Shown in pieces: positions 9,631 to 19,282 of a stretch of DNA of 64,000 nucleotides (the stretch's first letter is position 1; the number at the start of each line of letters is the position of its first letter). Under the pieces are notes generated by a model that worked only from the letters and a program-made list of their open reading frames with translations, had not been told where the DNA came from and ran no database searches. Made by a program: the position numbers and the translations under genes. This DNA is from an uncultured bacterium (lineage in GTDB: Bacteria; Patescibacteriota; Minisyncoccia; Phycocordibacterales; PALSA-1337). Location: contig OY969557.1 of NCBI GenBank assembly GCA_963701025.1, forward strand, positions 737,953 to 801,952. Reading direction: 5' to 3'.

Positions 9631-9872
9631 GCTGGATGTACCATCGTGGACGGTCCCTTCCTCGTCAGTTGTGCTACAAATGTACTCTTGTGGAGTTGTA
9701 AAGTCAAGTCAAAGAGTCATCTTGGTACTTGAGGACAATCGCTTCACCCTGTGGACCTTACGGGAGTCGAATCCGCACACCCTAGCTGACGAGGAAGGAT
9801 GCCAAACCACTTGGAAGGCCCACAGGCAAAAGCGATCATCCAGTGATGACCGACTTTTGTTGTAAACTGCGA

Positions 9873-10967
9873 TTACTCCTTCAACTTCGCCTTTATCTGT
9901 TTCAGTATCTCATTCCTGACGGGTGCATTCTCCTTGAGGAATTGCCTTGTAGCATCATATCCTCGGCCGAGCTTAACATCGCCATAGGCATATGAAGATC
10001 CTGACTTCTGAAGGATCTCATACTTTTCGCCCAGGGCGATGATCTCGCCTTCTTGGCTGATGCCTTCGTTGTACATGAGGTCGAATTCGGTCTGGCGGAA
10101 CGGCGCGGCTACTTTGTTCTTGACCACTTTGACGCGGACGCGGCCACCCATGACCTCGTCGCCTTTCTTTATCTGGGCTATGCGACGGATGTCGAGGCGG
10201 ACGGATGCGTAGAACTTGAGAGCCTTGCCGCCAGGGGTGGTTTCTGGATTGCCGAACATGACGCCTATCTGCATGCGAATCTGATTGATGAATATAACTA
10301 TGGTCTTGGATTTGGCGACGATAGCGGTCAACTTGCGCAGTGCCTGGGACATGAGGCGGGCTTGAGTACCGACATGAAAGGCACCCATGTCACCCTCTAT
10401 TTCAGCCCGTGGCGTTAGCGCCGCCACAGAGTCGATAACCACCACATCCATCTTGCCGGTCCTGATGAGGCTGTCTACTATTTCGAGTGCTTGTTCGCCC
10501 GCATCCGGCTGGGAAATGAGCAGCTCATCGACTTTCACGCCGAGGCGTTTGGCATATTCCGGATCCATAGCGTGCTCGGCGTCTATGTAGGCGCAGACGC
10601 CGCCGAGCTTTTGGGCTTCGGCGACAACATGCAAAGCGAGAGTCGTCTTGCCGGATGATTCTGGCCCGAATATTTCGATGATACGGCCACGAGGCATACC
10701 ACCGATGCCGAGCGCGGCATCCAATCCTAGCGAGCCCGTCGGCACCGCGTCTACGCCGACTTTCGGCTTATCGCCGAGCTTCATGATCGACTCATCGCCG
10801 AACTTCGTGCGGATGGCGTCTATGGCGTCGGCTATGCCGCCGGAAGTGCCCTTCATCTTTGTCGCGGCTCTCTCGGCTTTTTCAGCCTTTTCCGCGGCCT
10901 CTTCTTTCGCTTGATTCTCTTTCTCCTCTTCTAAGCGAGGATTCTTCACTTTTTTGGTAATAGACAT
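9873..10967 (-). CDS. recA: Recombinase RecA. The N-terminal KE-rich extension may or may not be translated.
   Basis: Walker A '[12 protein letters not shown]', the L1/L2 loop regions and 'IDSVAAL' are present. An internal Met at about 10856 would give a canonical-length RecA. Confidence 0.9.
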   Translation of the reverse strand: MSITKKVKNPRLEEEKENQAKEEAAEKAEKAERAATKMKGTSGGIADAIDAIRTKFGDESIMKLGDKPKVGVDAVPTGSLGLDAALGIGGMPRGRIIEIFGPESSGKTTLALHVVAEAQKLGGVCAYIDAEHAMDPEYAKRLGVKVDELLISQPDAGEQALEIVDSLIRTGKMDVVVIDSVAALTPRAEIEGDMGAFHVGTQARLMSQALRKLTAIVAKSKTIVIFINQIRMQIGVMFGNPETTPGGKALKFYASVRLDIRRIAQIKKGDEVMGGRVRVKVVKNKVAAPFRQTEFDLMYNEGISQEGEIIALGEKYEILQKSGSSYAYGDVKLGRGYDATRQFLKENAPVRNEILKQIKAKLKE

Positions 10968-11030
10968 ATCTTTCTAACAGTTTGGGTGATGATAATACAG
11001 GCAGTAGGGGTATTGTAGCATGAAAAATCC

Positions 11031-11321
11031 TTACTCTCTAAACTGCATATAATCTGTCACTATTTCGATGATCTTTTGTACAGTATTGTTACAGTTTTTG
11101 AAATGAATCTTCTCCAAGACATCAGCGCCATAATGTCTAATCAATTGGCTAATGAGAGCATGGATGAATGATTGTGTAGTTGAATCAACACCGTCAAAGT
11201 CGAGTTCCACATCCTCGCCTTTTTTCAGGGTAGGGTTTATTTTTTTTATGCGTATATTTTTCGCTTTATCTTTATTCTCAGCGAAAGACCCTGTAACCAG
11301 TTTTAATTTTATTGTTATCAT
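11031..11321 (-). CDS. DUF4325 / STAS-like domain protein (internal-Met start of the listed 143-aa ORF)
   Basis: 'VELDFDGVDSTTQSFIHALISQL' resembles the STAS-like DUF4325 signature. The ATG overlaps the stop of the upstream GHKL gene (ATGA at 11318-11321). Confidence 0.5.
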   Translation of the reverse strand: MITIKLKLVTGSFAENKDKAKNIRIKKINPTLKKGEDVELDFDGVDSTTQSFIHALISQLIRHYGADVLEKIHFKNCNNTVQKIIEIVTDYMQFRE

Positions 11322-12286
11322 GTGAATTTTGGTTTTCTGTATTTTTCTTTGCGTCTCTCTCTTATAGAGGTAGAGTACGTCTTGCGGATAAGATCTAACA
11401 GTATCGAGAATTCTTTGGTGTTGTCGAGGGCAATATCGATTCCGACAACAGTCCCGTTCCAATAGGGAAGGGCTTTCTCTTTGGAGTGTCTATCATCAAT
11501 GGGGTCTGATTGTAAGGTTATATCTTTTTCAGGGGACCTTTTCAGTAATTTATACATTGCTTTACCGCTATATATTAAAAAGAAATCTCGGTTTACATGT
11601 GCTATTGATTTGATGAAAAAAAGCCCAGCTCCAGCATTTTCCGCCGTGCCACCTTCCTTTTTTGTTGTACCTGTTATACCTGGCATTAGAGCAAGCCTGA
11701 TGGCTTCGAAGTCGTCCATAGCAGCATGGGACTGAGTAATCGTCTTTTTGATACCTACTCCTCCGTCGACGATTCCGATTCGAATGGTATTGCTTTTCTT
11801 ATAATATTGAGCACAGACTATAGCCCCGTCTCTCGCTTGAGAATGTTCGATCACGTTTCTTACCAGTTCACCAACGATATATTGTATAGGTTGTGCTTGT
11901 TTAGGATTATCTATCAGATGCAAAAGAGGGATCATCTCAGTAAGGAATTTGCTTTGTTGGGTAGAGTTCTTAATTCGTGTCAGGGGGATGAAGCGTCCCG
12001 AAGAATCGTGCCTTGTTATCGAGATACCTGAATCTATACCTAAAAACTTGAATAAGCCTATTCTTTCGAAGTAGTGCTTTGATCTTGCCTCAAAAGCCTT
12101 GAACGTGAGCTTATTCGGAGAAATATTTTTACCAAGTGCCGCAACCATCGCTATGACCATCGGATGCACTGATACCCACTTATTATTTGAACTGATAATT
12201 AATTCATCTGGCCTAGACGGATCAAAACTCCTTAAAAAAGGGTCTATGTTACCTAAGAAGGCACTATTTGGTAAATGTATTTTCAC
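11318..12286 (-). CDS. GHKL-superfamily (histidine-kinase-like) ATPase with extra N- and C-terminal regions; GTG start
   Basis: Bergerat-fold motifs are present: N box 'ELVRNVIEHS', G1 'IVDGGVGI', G2 'NAGAGLFF'. The start codon reads GTG on the minus strand. Confidence 0.55.
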   Translation of the reverse strand: MKIHLPNSAFLGNIDPFLRSFDPSRPDELIISSNNKWVSVHPMVIAMVAALGKNISPNKLTFKAFEARSKHYFERIGLFKFLGIDSGISITRHDSSGRFIPLTRIKNSTQQSKFLTEMIPLLHLIDNPKQAQPIQYIVGELVRNVIEHSQARDGAIVCAQYYKKSNTIRIGIVDGGVGIKKTITQSHAAMDDFEAIRLALMPGITGTTKKEGGTAENAGAGLFFIKSIAHVNRDFFLIYSGKAMYKLLKRSPEKDITLQSDPIDDRHSKEKALPYWNGTVVGIDIALDNTKEFSILLDLIRKTYSTSIRERRKEKYRKPKFT

Positions 12287-12296
12287 AACCGAATAT

Positions 12297-12340
12297 TACC
12301 GGGAATTTGATTTTTATGCAAATAATGATAATTCCCGGTA
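12297..12340. promoter_or_regulatory. 10-bp perfect inverted repeat (ACCGGGAATT ... AATTCCCGGT) with a 22-nt spacer, 11 nt upstream of the GHKL ATPase start
   Basis: Seen directly in the sequence. Either an operator-like site or a 5' UTR hairpin. Confidence 0.4.
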
Positions 12341-12404
12341 GGAAATAAGGATTTTTTGACAAAAGATGCTGAATAATATAAGGATTATGTCATCATTCGA
12401 TCCT

Positions 12405-12764
12405 CTAAATCACCCCCACCAGCTCCAACTCCTTTTTAGTTTCGCGCCCGAATTGGTCATGCGCGTCAAAGGTCAAGATGTTCACTCCCGGAAAGACTAT
12501 GAGCGTCTCGCTAAAATTACCGGCCTGGTCGATGAAGACAGTCTTGCCGTTCAGTGAAAGGGAATTGACCCGTAATGCCTGGCCGATGATCTTCACGGTG
12601 GAAGTGGCTACGGCGGAACCGTTCAAAGGCTGGAAGATATTGATAGCCGGACCGCGGGCGTAGGAGAACGAACGCCAGATAGCATAAGCGATGATGATGA
12701 CAGCGACGAGGAAGATGGCCGCAATGCGGATCATTTTCAAGGTCTTTGTGCGGCTATTGAACAT
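12405..12764 (-). CDS. Hypothetical membrane-anchored protein
   Basis: An N-terminal TM helix 'IAAIFLVAVIIIAYAIW' followed by a ~90-aa beta-rich domain. No family recognised. Confidence 0.4.
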   Translation of the reverse strand: MFNSRTKTLKMIRIAAIFLVAVIIIAYAIWRSFSYARGPAINIFQPLNGSAVATSTVKIIGQALRVNSLSLNGKTVFIDQAGNFSETLIVFPGVNILTFDAHDQFGRETKKELELVGVI

Positions 12765-12865
12765 GGGAAGAGAATTTCTAATTAATCTAATTACCTAATT
12801 GACCTAAGAAAATCCCAATTAGGAATGATTGAAGCTTGGTGATTTCTTAGAAATTAAAAATTAGG

Positions 12866-15241
12866 TTAATTAGGAATTTCTTCATCAGTGCCTTCGCTTG
12901 CCTCTGTTGGACCGCCCTGCTCCACGCCTGTTCCAACCCCTATAACCTCTCTCGGTTTTGACCCATTAGCTGGCCCTATGACGCCGCGCTCTTCGAGCAT
13001 GTCCATGAGCTTGGCCGCTCGGGAATAGCCGACACCGAGCTTGCGTTGGATGTATGAAGTAGAGGCCTTGCCTGCGGCCGTGACGGCTTCGCGGGCTGAC
13101 TCGTACATATCATCATCTTCATCGAGGCTGTCGTTGTCGAGACCCATGTCCGCGCTAAAAGCAGAAGTGCCTCCAGGCTCTGAACCGGCCGTAGGCGCGC
13201 TCAAAGTGATCTCGCTCATGATCTCGTCCTTGTATTGGTCGTGGAGGAATTTGACCACGCGCTTGACCTCGGACTCGGAGATGAAAGCGGATTGGAGACG
13301 CACCGGTTTGGACATTTCGCCGCCCAGGTAGAGCATGTCGCCGGCACCGAGGAGCTTCTCCGCCCCAGGCTGGTCGAGAATAGTGCGCGAGTCTATCTGC
13401 GAGGCTACCTGGAGGGCCACACGGGACGGTATGTTTGCTTTAATCAGACCGGTGATGACGTTCACACTCGGACGCTGTGTAGAGATGATGAGGTGTATGC
13501 CTACGGCTCGGCTCATCTGGGCCAAGCGGACGATAGCGGATTCCAGCTCGCGCGGATAAGCTGACATGATATCAGCTAACTCGTCGATGACGACGATGAT
13601 GTAGGGCATAGTCTCAGGAAGAGAGGGTGTAGGGTTTAGGGTATAGTCCGCTTTTTTCTCTACCCTATACCCTATACCCTTTTTATACTTCTCTACTGCT
13701 GGTGCCAGCACGCTCTTGTGATACGACTCGATATCGCGGGCTGAATTTCTCTCCAGGACGTCATATCGGCGGCTCATCTCTTTGCCGGCCCATTTTAGGG
13801 CTAGAATGGCCTTCTTTGGGTCGGTGATGACAGGCGTCAAGAGATGCGGGATCTTGTTATATAGGGTGAGCTCGACGCGTTTAGGATCTATCATGATGAA
13901 GCGCAGATTCTCCGGCGAATTCCGGTAGAGCAGGGAAGTGATGAGAGAATGTATGGAGACAGATTTGCCCGAACCGGTGGCACCGGCGATGAGAGTGTGC
14001 GGTGCCTTGGCCAGGTTGGAGAAATGGGCTCGTCCGGTGATGTCCTTGCCTAAGGACATGAGAAGAGGCTTCTCCGACTCCTGGAAATCGGGTGAAGCGA
14101 GGAGGGTGGCCAGGCCGACGGTCGTCTTGGCGGTATTCGGCACTTCTATGCCGACGAGGGATTTGCCGGGGATGGGCGCTTCGATGCGGATCGGGTGCGC
14201 GGCGAGCGACAGGGCAAGATCGTTGTTGAGCGCCACGATCCTCGAGAGCTTGACGCCTTCGGCGGGCTTCAGAGCGTAGCGGGTGACGGACGGGCCGATG
14301 GATATCTCATCCATCTCCACGGTGATGCCGAAATTCTGGAGAGTCCGCTTGATGATATTGGCATTGGCCTTGATGTCGCCGGTCTCCGGTTTGCCTCGAT
14401 CTTTCTCGAGGAGGGACAAGGGCGGGGGAGTGAACGGCTTCAAAAGCGGCACCTGGACGGCCGCGGCCATGCCTGCCGGCAGGCTGGCGAAAGCACCTTC
14501 TTCTTCGTCGCCGAAGTCCATTTTTTGGGTCTTTTTCGCTTTAACGGAGTCTATTTGTTTTGCGCCTCCTCCTTTCTCCTTTCTCCCTGCTTCCTGTTCC
14601 TCTGCCGCCGCCACGGCCTCCTCGACCATAGCTTCTTCGTCTTCATCCATCTCCGCGTCCCGTCCTTTCATTCCTTTATTCCTCCCTTCCCCTATTCCTT
14701 TTCCGAACCACTTCCAGAATTTCAACTGTTCGGCGGTGATATGCATCTCGAATAGGATGAATACCGACGCTATTATCAGAACGACGAGAAGGGCCGTAGT
14801 CGCCCAGACATCCATGATCTTGACCAGGGGCGCTCCCACCCAACGGCCGAATACGCCTCCCGCCCGGCCGCCAGCGATGCCGAAGAGTATATCGGCCACA
14901 TATATAAGACCGAGTGCGGACAGGAAAAAGACGATGGCACCCACGGTCTTGGAAAGCTTGAATCTTTTCTCCATGCCATGGAGGAGGGCGATGCCGATCA
15001 TGGCGAAGACGAGCGGGATGAGGAAATAGCCTATGCCGAAGAATCTGGTGAAGAAAAGATACCCATAAGCGCCGAGCGGACCGGCCAAGTCACTGCCGTC
15101 GCCGCGATGGAAAGCGGCCAGAAGGGAAATGAGAGTGATAAGGAATGAGAATATGGCCAATACCGCCTGGACCGTCTCGTCTCTCATTTCGCGCCAGAAT
15201 TTCGCCTTTTCGACGATGTCAGAGTCTTTTTTCTTTGCCAT
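12866..15241 (-). CDS. ftsK: DNA translocase FtsK/SpoIIIE, starting at the internal Met 'MAKKKDSD'
   Basis: The N-terminal TM segments, Walker A 'GATGSGKS', Walker B 'IVVIDELAD', 'TQRPSVNVITG' and the C-terminal gamma domain are present. The longer 15421 start would run through a terminator hairpin at 15314-15343, so the 15241 ATG is preferred. Confidence 0.85.
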   Translation of the reverse strand: MAKKKDSDIVEKAKFWREMRDETVQAVLAIFSFLITLISLLAAFHRGDGSDLAGPLGAYGYLFFTRFFGIGYFLIPLVFAMIGIALLHGMEKRFKLSKTVGAIVFFLSALGLIYVADILFGIAGGRAGGVFGRWVGAPLVKIMDVWATTALLVVLIIASVFILFEMHITAEQLKFWKWFGKGIGEGRNKGMKGRDAEMDEDEEAMVEEAVAAAEEQEAGRKEKGGGAKQIDSVKAKKTQKMDFGDEEEGAFASLPAGMAAAVQVPLLKPFTPPPLSLLEKDRGKPETGDIKANANIIKRTLQNFGITVEMDEISIGPSVTRYALKPAEGVKLSRIVALNNDLALSLAAHPIRIEAPIPGKSLVGIEVPNTAKTTVGLATLLASPDFQESEKPLLMSLGKDITGRAHFSNLAKAPHTLIAGATGSGKSVSIHSLITSLLYRNSPENLRFIMIDPKRVELTLYNKIPHLLTPVITDPKKAILALKWAGKEMSRRYDVLERNSARDIESYHKSVLAPAVEKYKKGIGYRVEKKADYTLNPTPSLPETMPYIIVVIDELADIMSAYPRELESAIVRLAQMSRAVGIHLIISTQRPSVNVITGLIKANIPSRVALQVASQIDSRTILDQPGAEKLLGAGDMLYLGGEMSKPVRLQSAFISESEVKRVVKFLHDQYKDEIMSEITLSAPTAGSEPGGTSAFSADMGLDNDSLDEDDDMYESAREAVTAAGKASTSYIQRKLGVGYSRAAKLMDMLEERGVIGPANGSKPREVIGVGTGVEQGGPTEASEGTDEEIPN
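13622..13680. repeat. G-tract palindromic repeat element (copy A), lying in-frame inside ftsK
   Basis: The left arm GGGTGTAGGGTTTAGGGTATAG and the right arm CTACCCTATACCCTATACCC are inverted. The pair encodes 'GIGYRV...TLNPTP' within a variable loop of the FtsK motor domain. Confidence 0.6.
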
Positions 15242-15305
15242 GATGGGATTGTGTTTGAATATTATGCGGTAATAATAACATTTGGCCGTTTTTTCTGCTT
15301 GGAGA

Positions 15306-15348
15306 GTAAAACAAAATACCGTAACCAGTTGGCTACGGTATTTTGCTA
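15306..15348. terminator. Hairpin terminator between the NYN gene (minus strand) and the ftsK promoter region
   Basis: A 13-bp stem aaataccgtaacc/ggctacggtattt flanked by A/T runs; it reads as a terminator on the minus strand. Confidence 0.5.
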
Positions 15349-15485
15349 AGGCTTGCGAACCCGGTTGGAACCCTTCCTTGCTAGTACTACAATTATAATC
15401 TGCCGATATTTCGGAAGTCAAGTCTTGACTTTTTGCTTACGACACGCTAGGATATGCGTATTACGACGAAAGAGGTTCCGAACGG

Positions 15486-15914
15486 CTAACTGCCTAAGGA
15501 GCCTTTTTCATTTCCCTCTATCTTGGCCCGGATATCAACAGAATCTAAAGCATCGAAATAAGCCGCTCCGATCTTTTTATACAAAGAAGATGCTCTGTCC
15601 CGATCAGGAAATAGCATCTTTGCAAATCTCTTTTCCTCGATCAGAAAATCAACCACCAGTTTGTAATCACCATCTCCAGATACTATAACGACCTTCTCAA
15701 AATTCTCCTTTTTGTACATTTTCTTCATTATATGAAAAATGATATCGGAATCTACATTGCCTTTCTTTTTTCCAATCATTGCAGGGTTGTGCTCACGAAA
15801 AATCAGCACAAAACCTGCATTTTGGATTTCCTCATACAACTCCTGATTTGTTTCCTGCACATAGCCCAAGAAATAATACGCCTTGTCGACAGCGTATTTT
15901 TCCTTGAGATACAC
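15486..15914 (-). CDS. NYN-domain (LabA-like) ribonuclease. The N-terminus may be longer than annotated.
   Basis: 'KGNVDSDIIFHI...VVIVSGDGDY' matches the NYN/PIN-like signature. The upstream frame stays open, so the start is uncertain. Confidence 0.55.
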   Translation of the reverse strand: MYLKEKYAVDKAYYFLGYVQETNQELYEEIQNAGFVLIFREHNPAMIGKKKGNVDSDIIFHIMKKMYKKENFEKVVIVSGDGDYKLVVDFLIEEKRFAKMLFPDRDRASSLYKKIGAAYFDALDSVDIRAKIEGNEKGSLGS

Positions 15915-16049
15915 ACGAAATCTCGCAAGATTGATTCCGTATGTTCAAATATGTCACGGACAAAGGCGATAAAGAAACGATGAAGATTTCACAGGCGCTT
16001 GCAATGCGTCAGCTTTGTCCTATAATGGAATCGTTTAAGACATGCCAAT

Positions 16050-16778
16050 ATGAACCCAAAAGACATGAACAATTCGCCGTCCTTAAATGATCCGATAGAC
16101 TGGAAGTCTCTCGGCTTTTTCTCCGGGGACGATTATCTCGTCTATGTTTTCAAAAAGACAGAGAAGATAACCGCCGCCCTGTATCTCATTTCCGGCCTGC
16201 TCAAAGATGATGAGCCGATGAAATGGGAATTGCGCGATCGGGGTATCGATATGCTCACTTCGTCCTTTACGGCGTCTAGTTCTCTGCCTGGAGACAAGAA
16301 CGCCGTCATCCAGTCGCTTTTCACCGCCACCCTGGAAACCATATCCCTCCTCAATGTGGCCCGGATATCGAACCTAGTTTCCGAGATGAACCACGTCCTC
16401 CTGGTGCGCGAGATAGATAGCATCGTCTCTTTGCTCCGGGACCGGCTGGTCGCCAGCGCCGAGAACGCAGGCTATGTCCTTTCCGAGAAATTCTTTAAGA
16501 CAGAACAGGAAGCGGGTAGAAGGGAGAAAGTAGAAAGTAGTAACCAAAATATAGCTATTTCTCAAGGACATGCTATGACTCAGCATAAAAAATCTCAAAG
16601 ACAGGAACATATCATCTCTATCCTTAAAGGACAGAGCAATATCACCATAAAGGACTTCTCTAAGGTGATCAGGGACTGCAGTGAAAAGACCATTCAGCGG
16701 GAGCTGTCAGAATTGGTCGATAAAGGCGTCATAAGGAAAGAAGGCGAGCGGCGCTGGAGCAGATACTCGTTAAAATAG
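16050..16778 (+). CDS. Hypothetical protein with a C-terminal winged-helix DNA-binding domain
   Basis: The C-terminal 'ITIKDFSKVIRDCSEKTIQRELSELVDKGVIRKEGERRWSRY' resembles DeoR/MarR-type wHTH domains. The N-terminal domain is unknown. Confidence 0.4.
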   Translation: MNPKDMNNSPSLNDPIDWKSLGFFSGDDYLVYVFKKTEKITAALYLISGLLKDDEPMKWELRDRGIDMLTSSFTASSSLPGDKNAVIQSLFTATLETISLLNVARISNLVSEMNHVLLVREIDSIVSLLRDRLVASAENAGYVLSEKFFKTEQEAGRREKVESSNQNIAISQGHAMTQHKKSQRQEHIISILKGQSNITIKDFSKVIRDCSEKTIQRELSELVDKGVIRKEGERRWSRYSLK

Positions 16779-17146
16779 CGAATCCGTTGACTTTTGGGCC
16801 GGAATGGCTTAATATGGCCTAGTTATCCACATTGAGCCGTATTTGCGGGTGAAGTCGTATATAGGCTATAATGTTCTGCAACGAACGCGTAATCGCATTT
16901 TATTGCTATTGCGCGCTCGTCCCAGAGCAATTACCATAAAAAGCTCTCGGAAACGGACTTTGACAATTCCATAAGAAAGAATCGTTAAGGTTTGTTTTGT
17001 CTGCCACAAACTCTTGCGTCTCGCGTGCCGATACACGCGTGATGGAAGATGTGGAAATCGCGGTACGGTCGAACCGTTTCGGAGAGATCCGGCGCGGATA
17101 CGTACTGCACTGTTTATCAGTTTACTCAATTAATTAATAAAAAATA

Positions 17147-19073
17147 ATGAAACTTCAGAAAGTTCTTCTCGCAACAGGCATCGCCGCTTTGGCTTTCGCC
17201 AGCGTTGCGGCAGCGGCTACGTTCAACGTCAACCTCACGGTTGGCTCGACTGGCGCTGATGTCTCCGCTCTCCAGAATGCTCTCATCGCCGCTGGATACA
17301 GCATCCCGGCTATCCAGTCCGGCGCGGCTAACACCGGTTACTTTGGTTCGCAGACAAAAGCTGCGGTCATGAAGTATCAGGCTGCCAATGGCATCCCGAA
17401 CACTGGCTTCGTCGGTCCCCTTACTCGCGCGTCTTTGAATGGTTCGGCTCCGGTGGCATCAAACTGCCTCGCAGGCTGGTCCTCGGCTTCCTATCAGGGT
17501 ACGATGTACTGTGTACCTCCGGGAGCTATGCTTCCGCCTGGTAGCACACCGACTCCATCGGCACCCGGTACCGGCATCACCACTCCGGGCGTTCCTGGAA
17601 CCCTCGCGGTATCGCTCTGGTCTTCTCCTTCTGACGGCACCGTCGTCTACAAGGGTCAGTCCTACGATGTCGTAGCCTACAAAGCCCAGGCTGCCGCTTC
17701 GGACATGGCTGTCCAGAGCGTTGGTCTTGACTTCAACACCCGCCTCTGGCTCTATGCCTGCTGCGATCACCCTCAAGGATGACACAGGTGCAATCGTCGG
17801 CCAGGTCAGCAACTTGAACTCGAGCAACTTCAGCGAGCTCACGGTCGGTTCCGACTATCGCATCACCGTCCCGATCAGCAACTACGTCGTCAAGGCGACT
17901 CAGACCCGTTACCTCACGGTTAACGTCACCTTCCTCGCAGTCTCTGATCGTGCGACTGGCAACATCGGCGTTACCGCGGTCCAGGTCCGTTCAATCGACG
18001 GCACTGGCGTCACTGACACCGAGCCTACGACTGCTGTAGCTACTCGTACCTTCAGCTATCAGGGCAGTGGAGCCGGATCGGTTGTCGTTACGGTTGACAG
18101 CTCGTCTCCTCTCGCAGGCCTCGTCCAGATCTCGACTGGCGGTCAGACTTCAGGTGTTCCCCTTGCTGTCTACGACATCAAGTCCCAGAACGCCCCGTCT
18201 AACCTCCGCGCGATCAGCTTCGTGATCTACACTACTGGCGGCAAGACTCCTCAGGATCTCTTCACCCAGTACAACCTGAAGATCAATGGACAATCTATCG
18301 GAGCTCAGACAGTGACCCCGAACACGACCGTCTCTGGTCAAGCTTCGACAACGGTCACCTTCACGAACTTCGGTACGATCCAGCTCGCGGCCGATACTTA
18401 CCTCCCGCTCACCCTTTCTGCGAACGTCCAGCAGGATACCAACAATGCTCTTGATGGTACGATCGCTTCGACGACTCTCGTAGTCTCCGGTTCAGCAGGC
18501 GGTTCGTCGAACAACCCGGATGTTGAGGACAACAGCTACAGCTCTCTGTCCGTCAACTCTGGTACGTTCACTTCGAGCAACCTGACCTTCTCCGGTTCGA
18601 GCGCTACTTTGAGCGGCCTCTCGGCTGTTCTCGGTTCGCCGATCACGAGCAGCGTCGGTAGCGTCGCCATCACTACTGGTTATAACGTGACCTTCGGATT
18701 CACCCTCACGGCAGGCAACAACACCCTGTACTTGAGCTCCGATCCGAGCCAGGCTCTCGGTACGACCAGCACGGGCTTCGCTTCAACGGCTTCGTCTACC
18801 TTGACGGTCGGCGGTGTTATCACTAACCCGGGCAATCTCTCGGGCGACACGAATATCACTGCTTTGAACGGCTACTATGTCGTTCCTGCCGGTTCATCCC
18901 GCCAGTTCACCTTCCAGGGTACGATGGACAACCACAATGGTGCCCAGAGCTTCAAGACCTTCAGCATTACCCAGGTCAACTATGCTACGTCGACCACTAA
19001 GCTGAATGTTGCGGCTGGCGCCTCCGTCATCAACTACAACCTGCAACCTCTCAAGGTCTCTGCTACGTTCTAG
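17147..19073 (+). pseudogene. Surface protein paralogue 1: signal peptide + peptidoglycan-binding-like domain + Thr/Ser-rich beta domain. A 1-nt insertion near 17759 splits it into ORFs 17147..17782 and 17721..19073.
   Basis: Paralogue 2 reads straight through the equivalent site ('LWLYASTITLKDD'). Here 'gccTgctgcg' shifts the frame. This could be a genuine pseudogene or a sequencing error. Confidence 0.5.
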
Positions 19074-19118
19074 TTGATCGGGTCCGCTCTCCTCTCTCGC
19101 AAGGGATTGGAAACACAA

Positions 19119-19165
19119 AGACCGCCCGCCATCCGTCAGTTGACGGAGGCGCGGCGGTTTTTGTG
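19119..19165 (+). terminator. Rho-independent terminator after surface protein paralogue 1
   Basis: A GC-rich hairpin accgcccgcc...ggcgcggcggt followed by TTTTT. Confidence 0.6.
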
Positions 19166-19282
19166 TTGGCGGGCTTTGGTTTCGCGCCTTTTCAGGAATG
19201 TTGATAACCGACGCTTTTCATTATGATATGGGTGATATAATTCTCTTGCTACAAGTAAAGAAGCCATAACATCAATATATAC

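Noticed and set aside
9600-9870. tmRNA or RNase P RNA encoded on the minus strand after recA
   Set aside because: - A GGATTCGAC motif is present.
- The candidate T-arm has an A-C mismatch at the conserved 53-61 pair.
- There is no 3' CCA-ending acceptor helix and no tag-peptide frame ending in Ala-Ala.
- RNase P P4 and 'AGGGTGAAA.GGTGCGGTAAGAGCGCACC' motifs are absent.
- The region is kept only as an unclassified structured region.
15242-15421. The longer 851-aa ftsK start at 15421
   Set aside because: It would read through the terminator hairpin at 15314-15343 and add 60 residues with no FtsK similarity. The 'MAKKKD' Met at 15241 directly precedes the first TM helices.
16866-17129. The minus-strand 87-aa ORF in the long leader upstream of surface protein 1
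   Set aside because: It is Arg-rich and lies within a promoter/5' UTR region on the opposite strand, with no RBS or domain signature.
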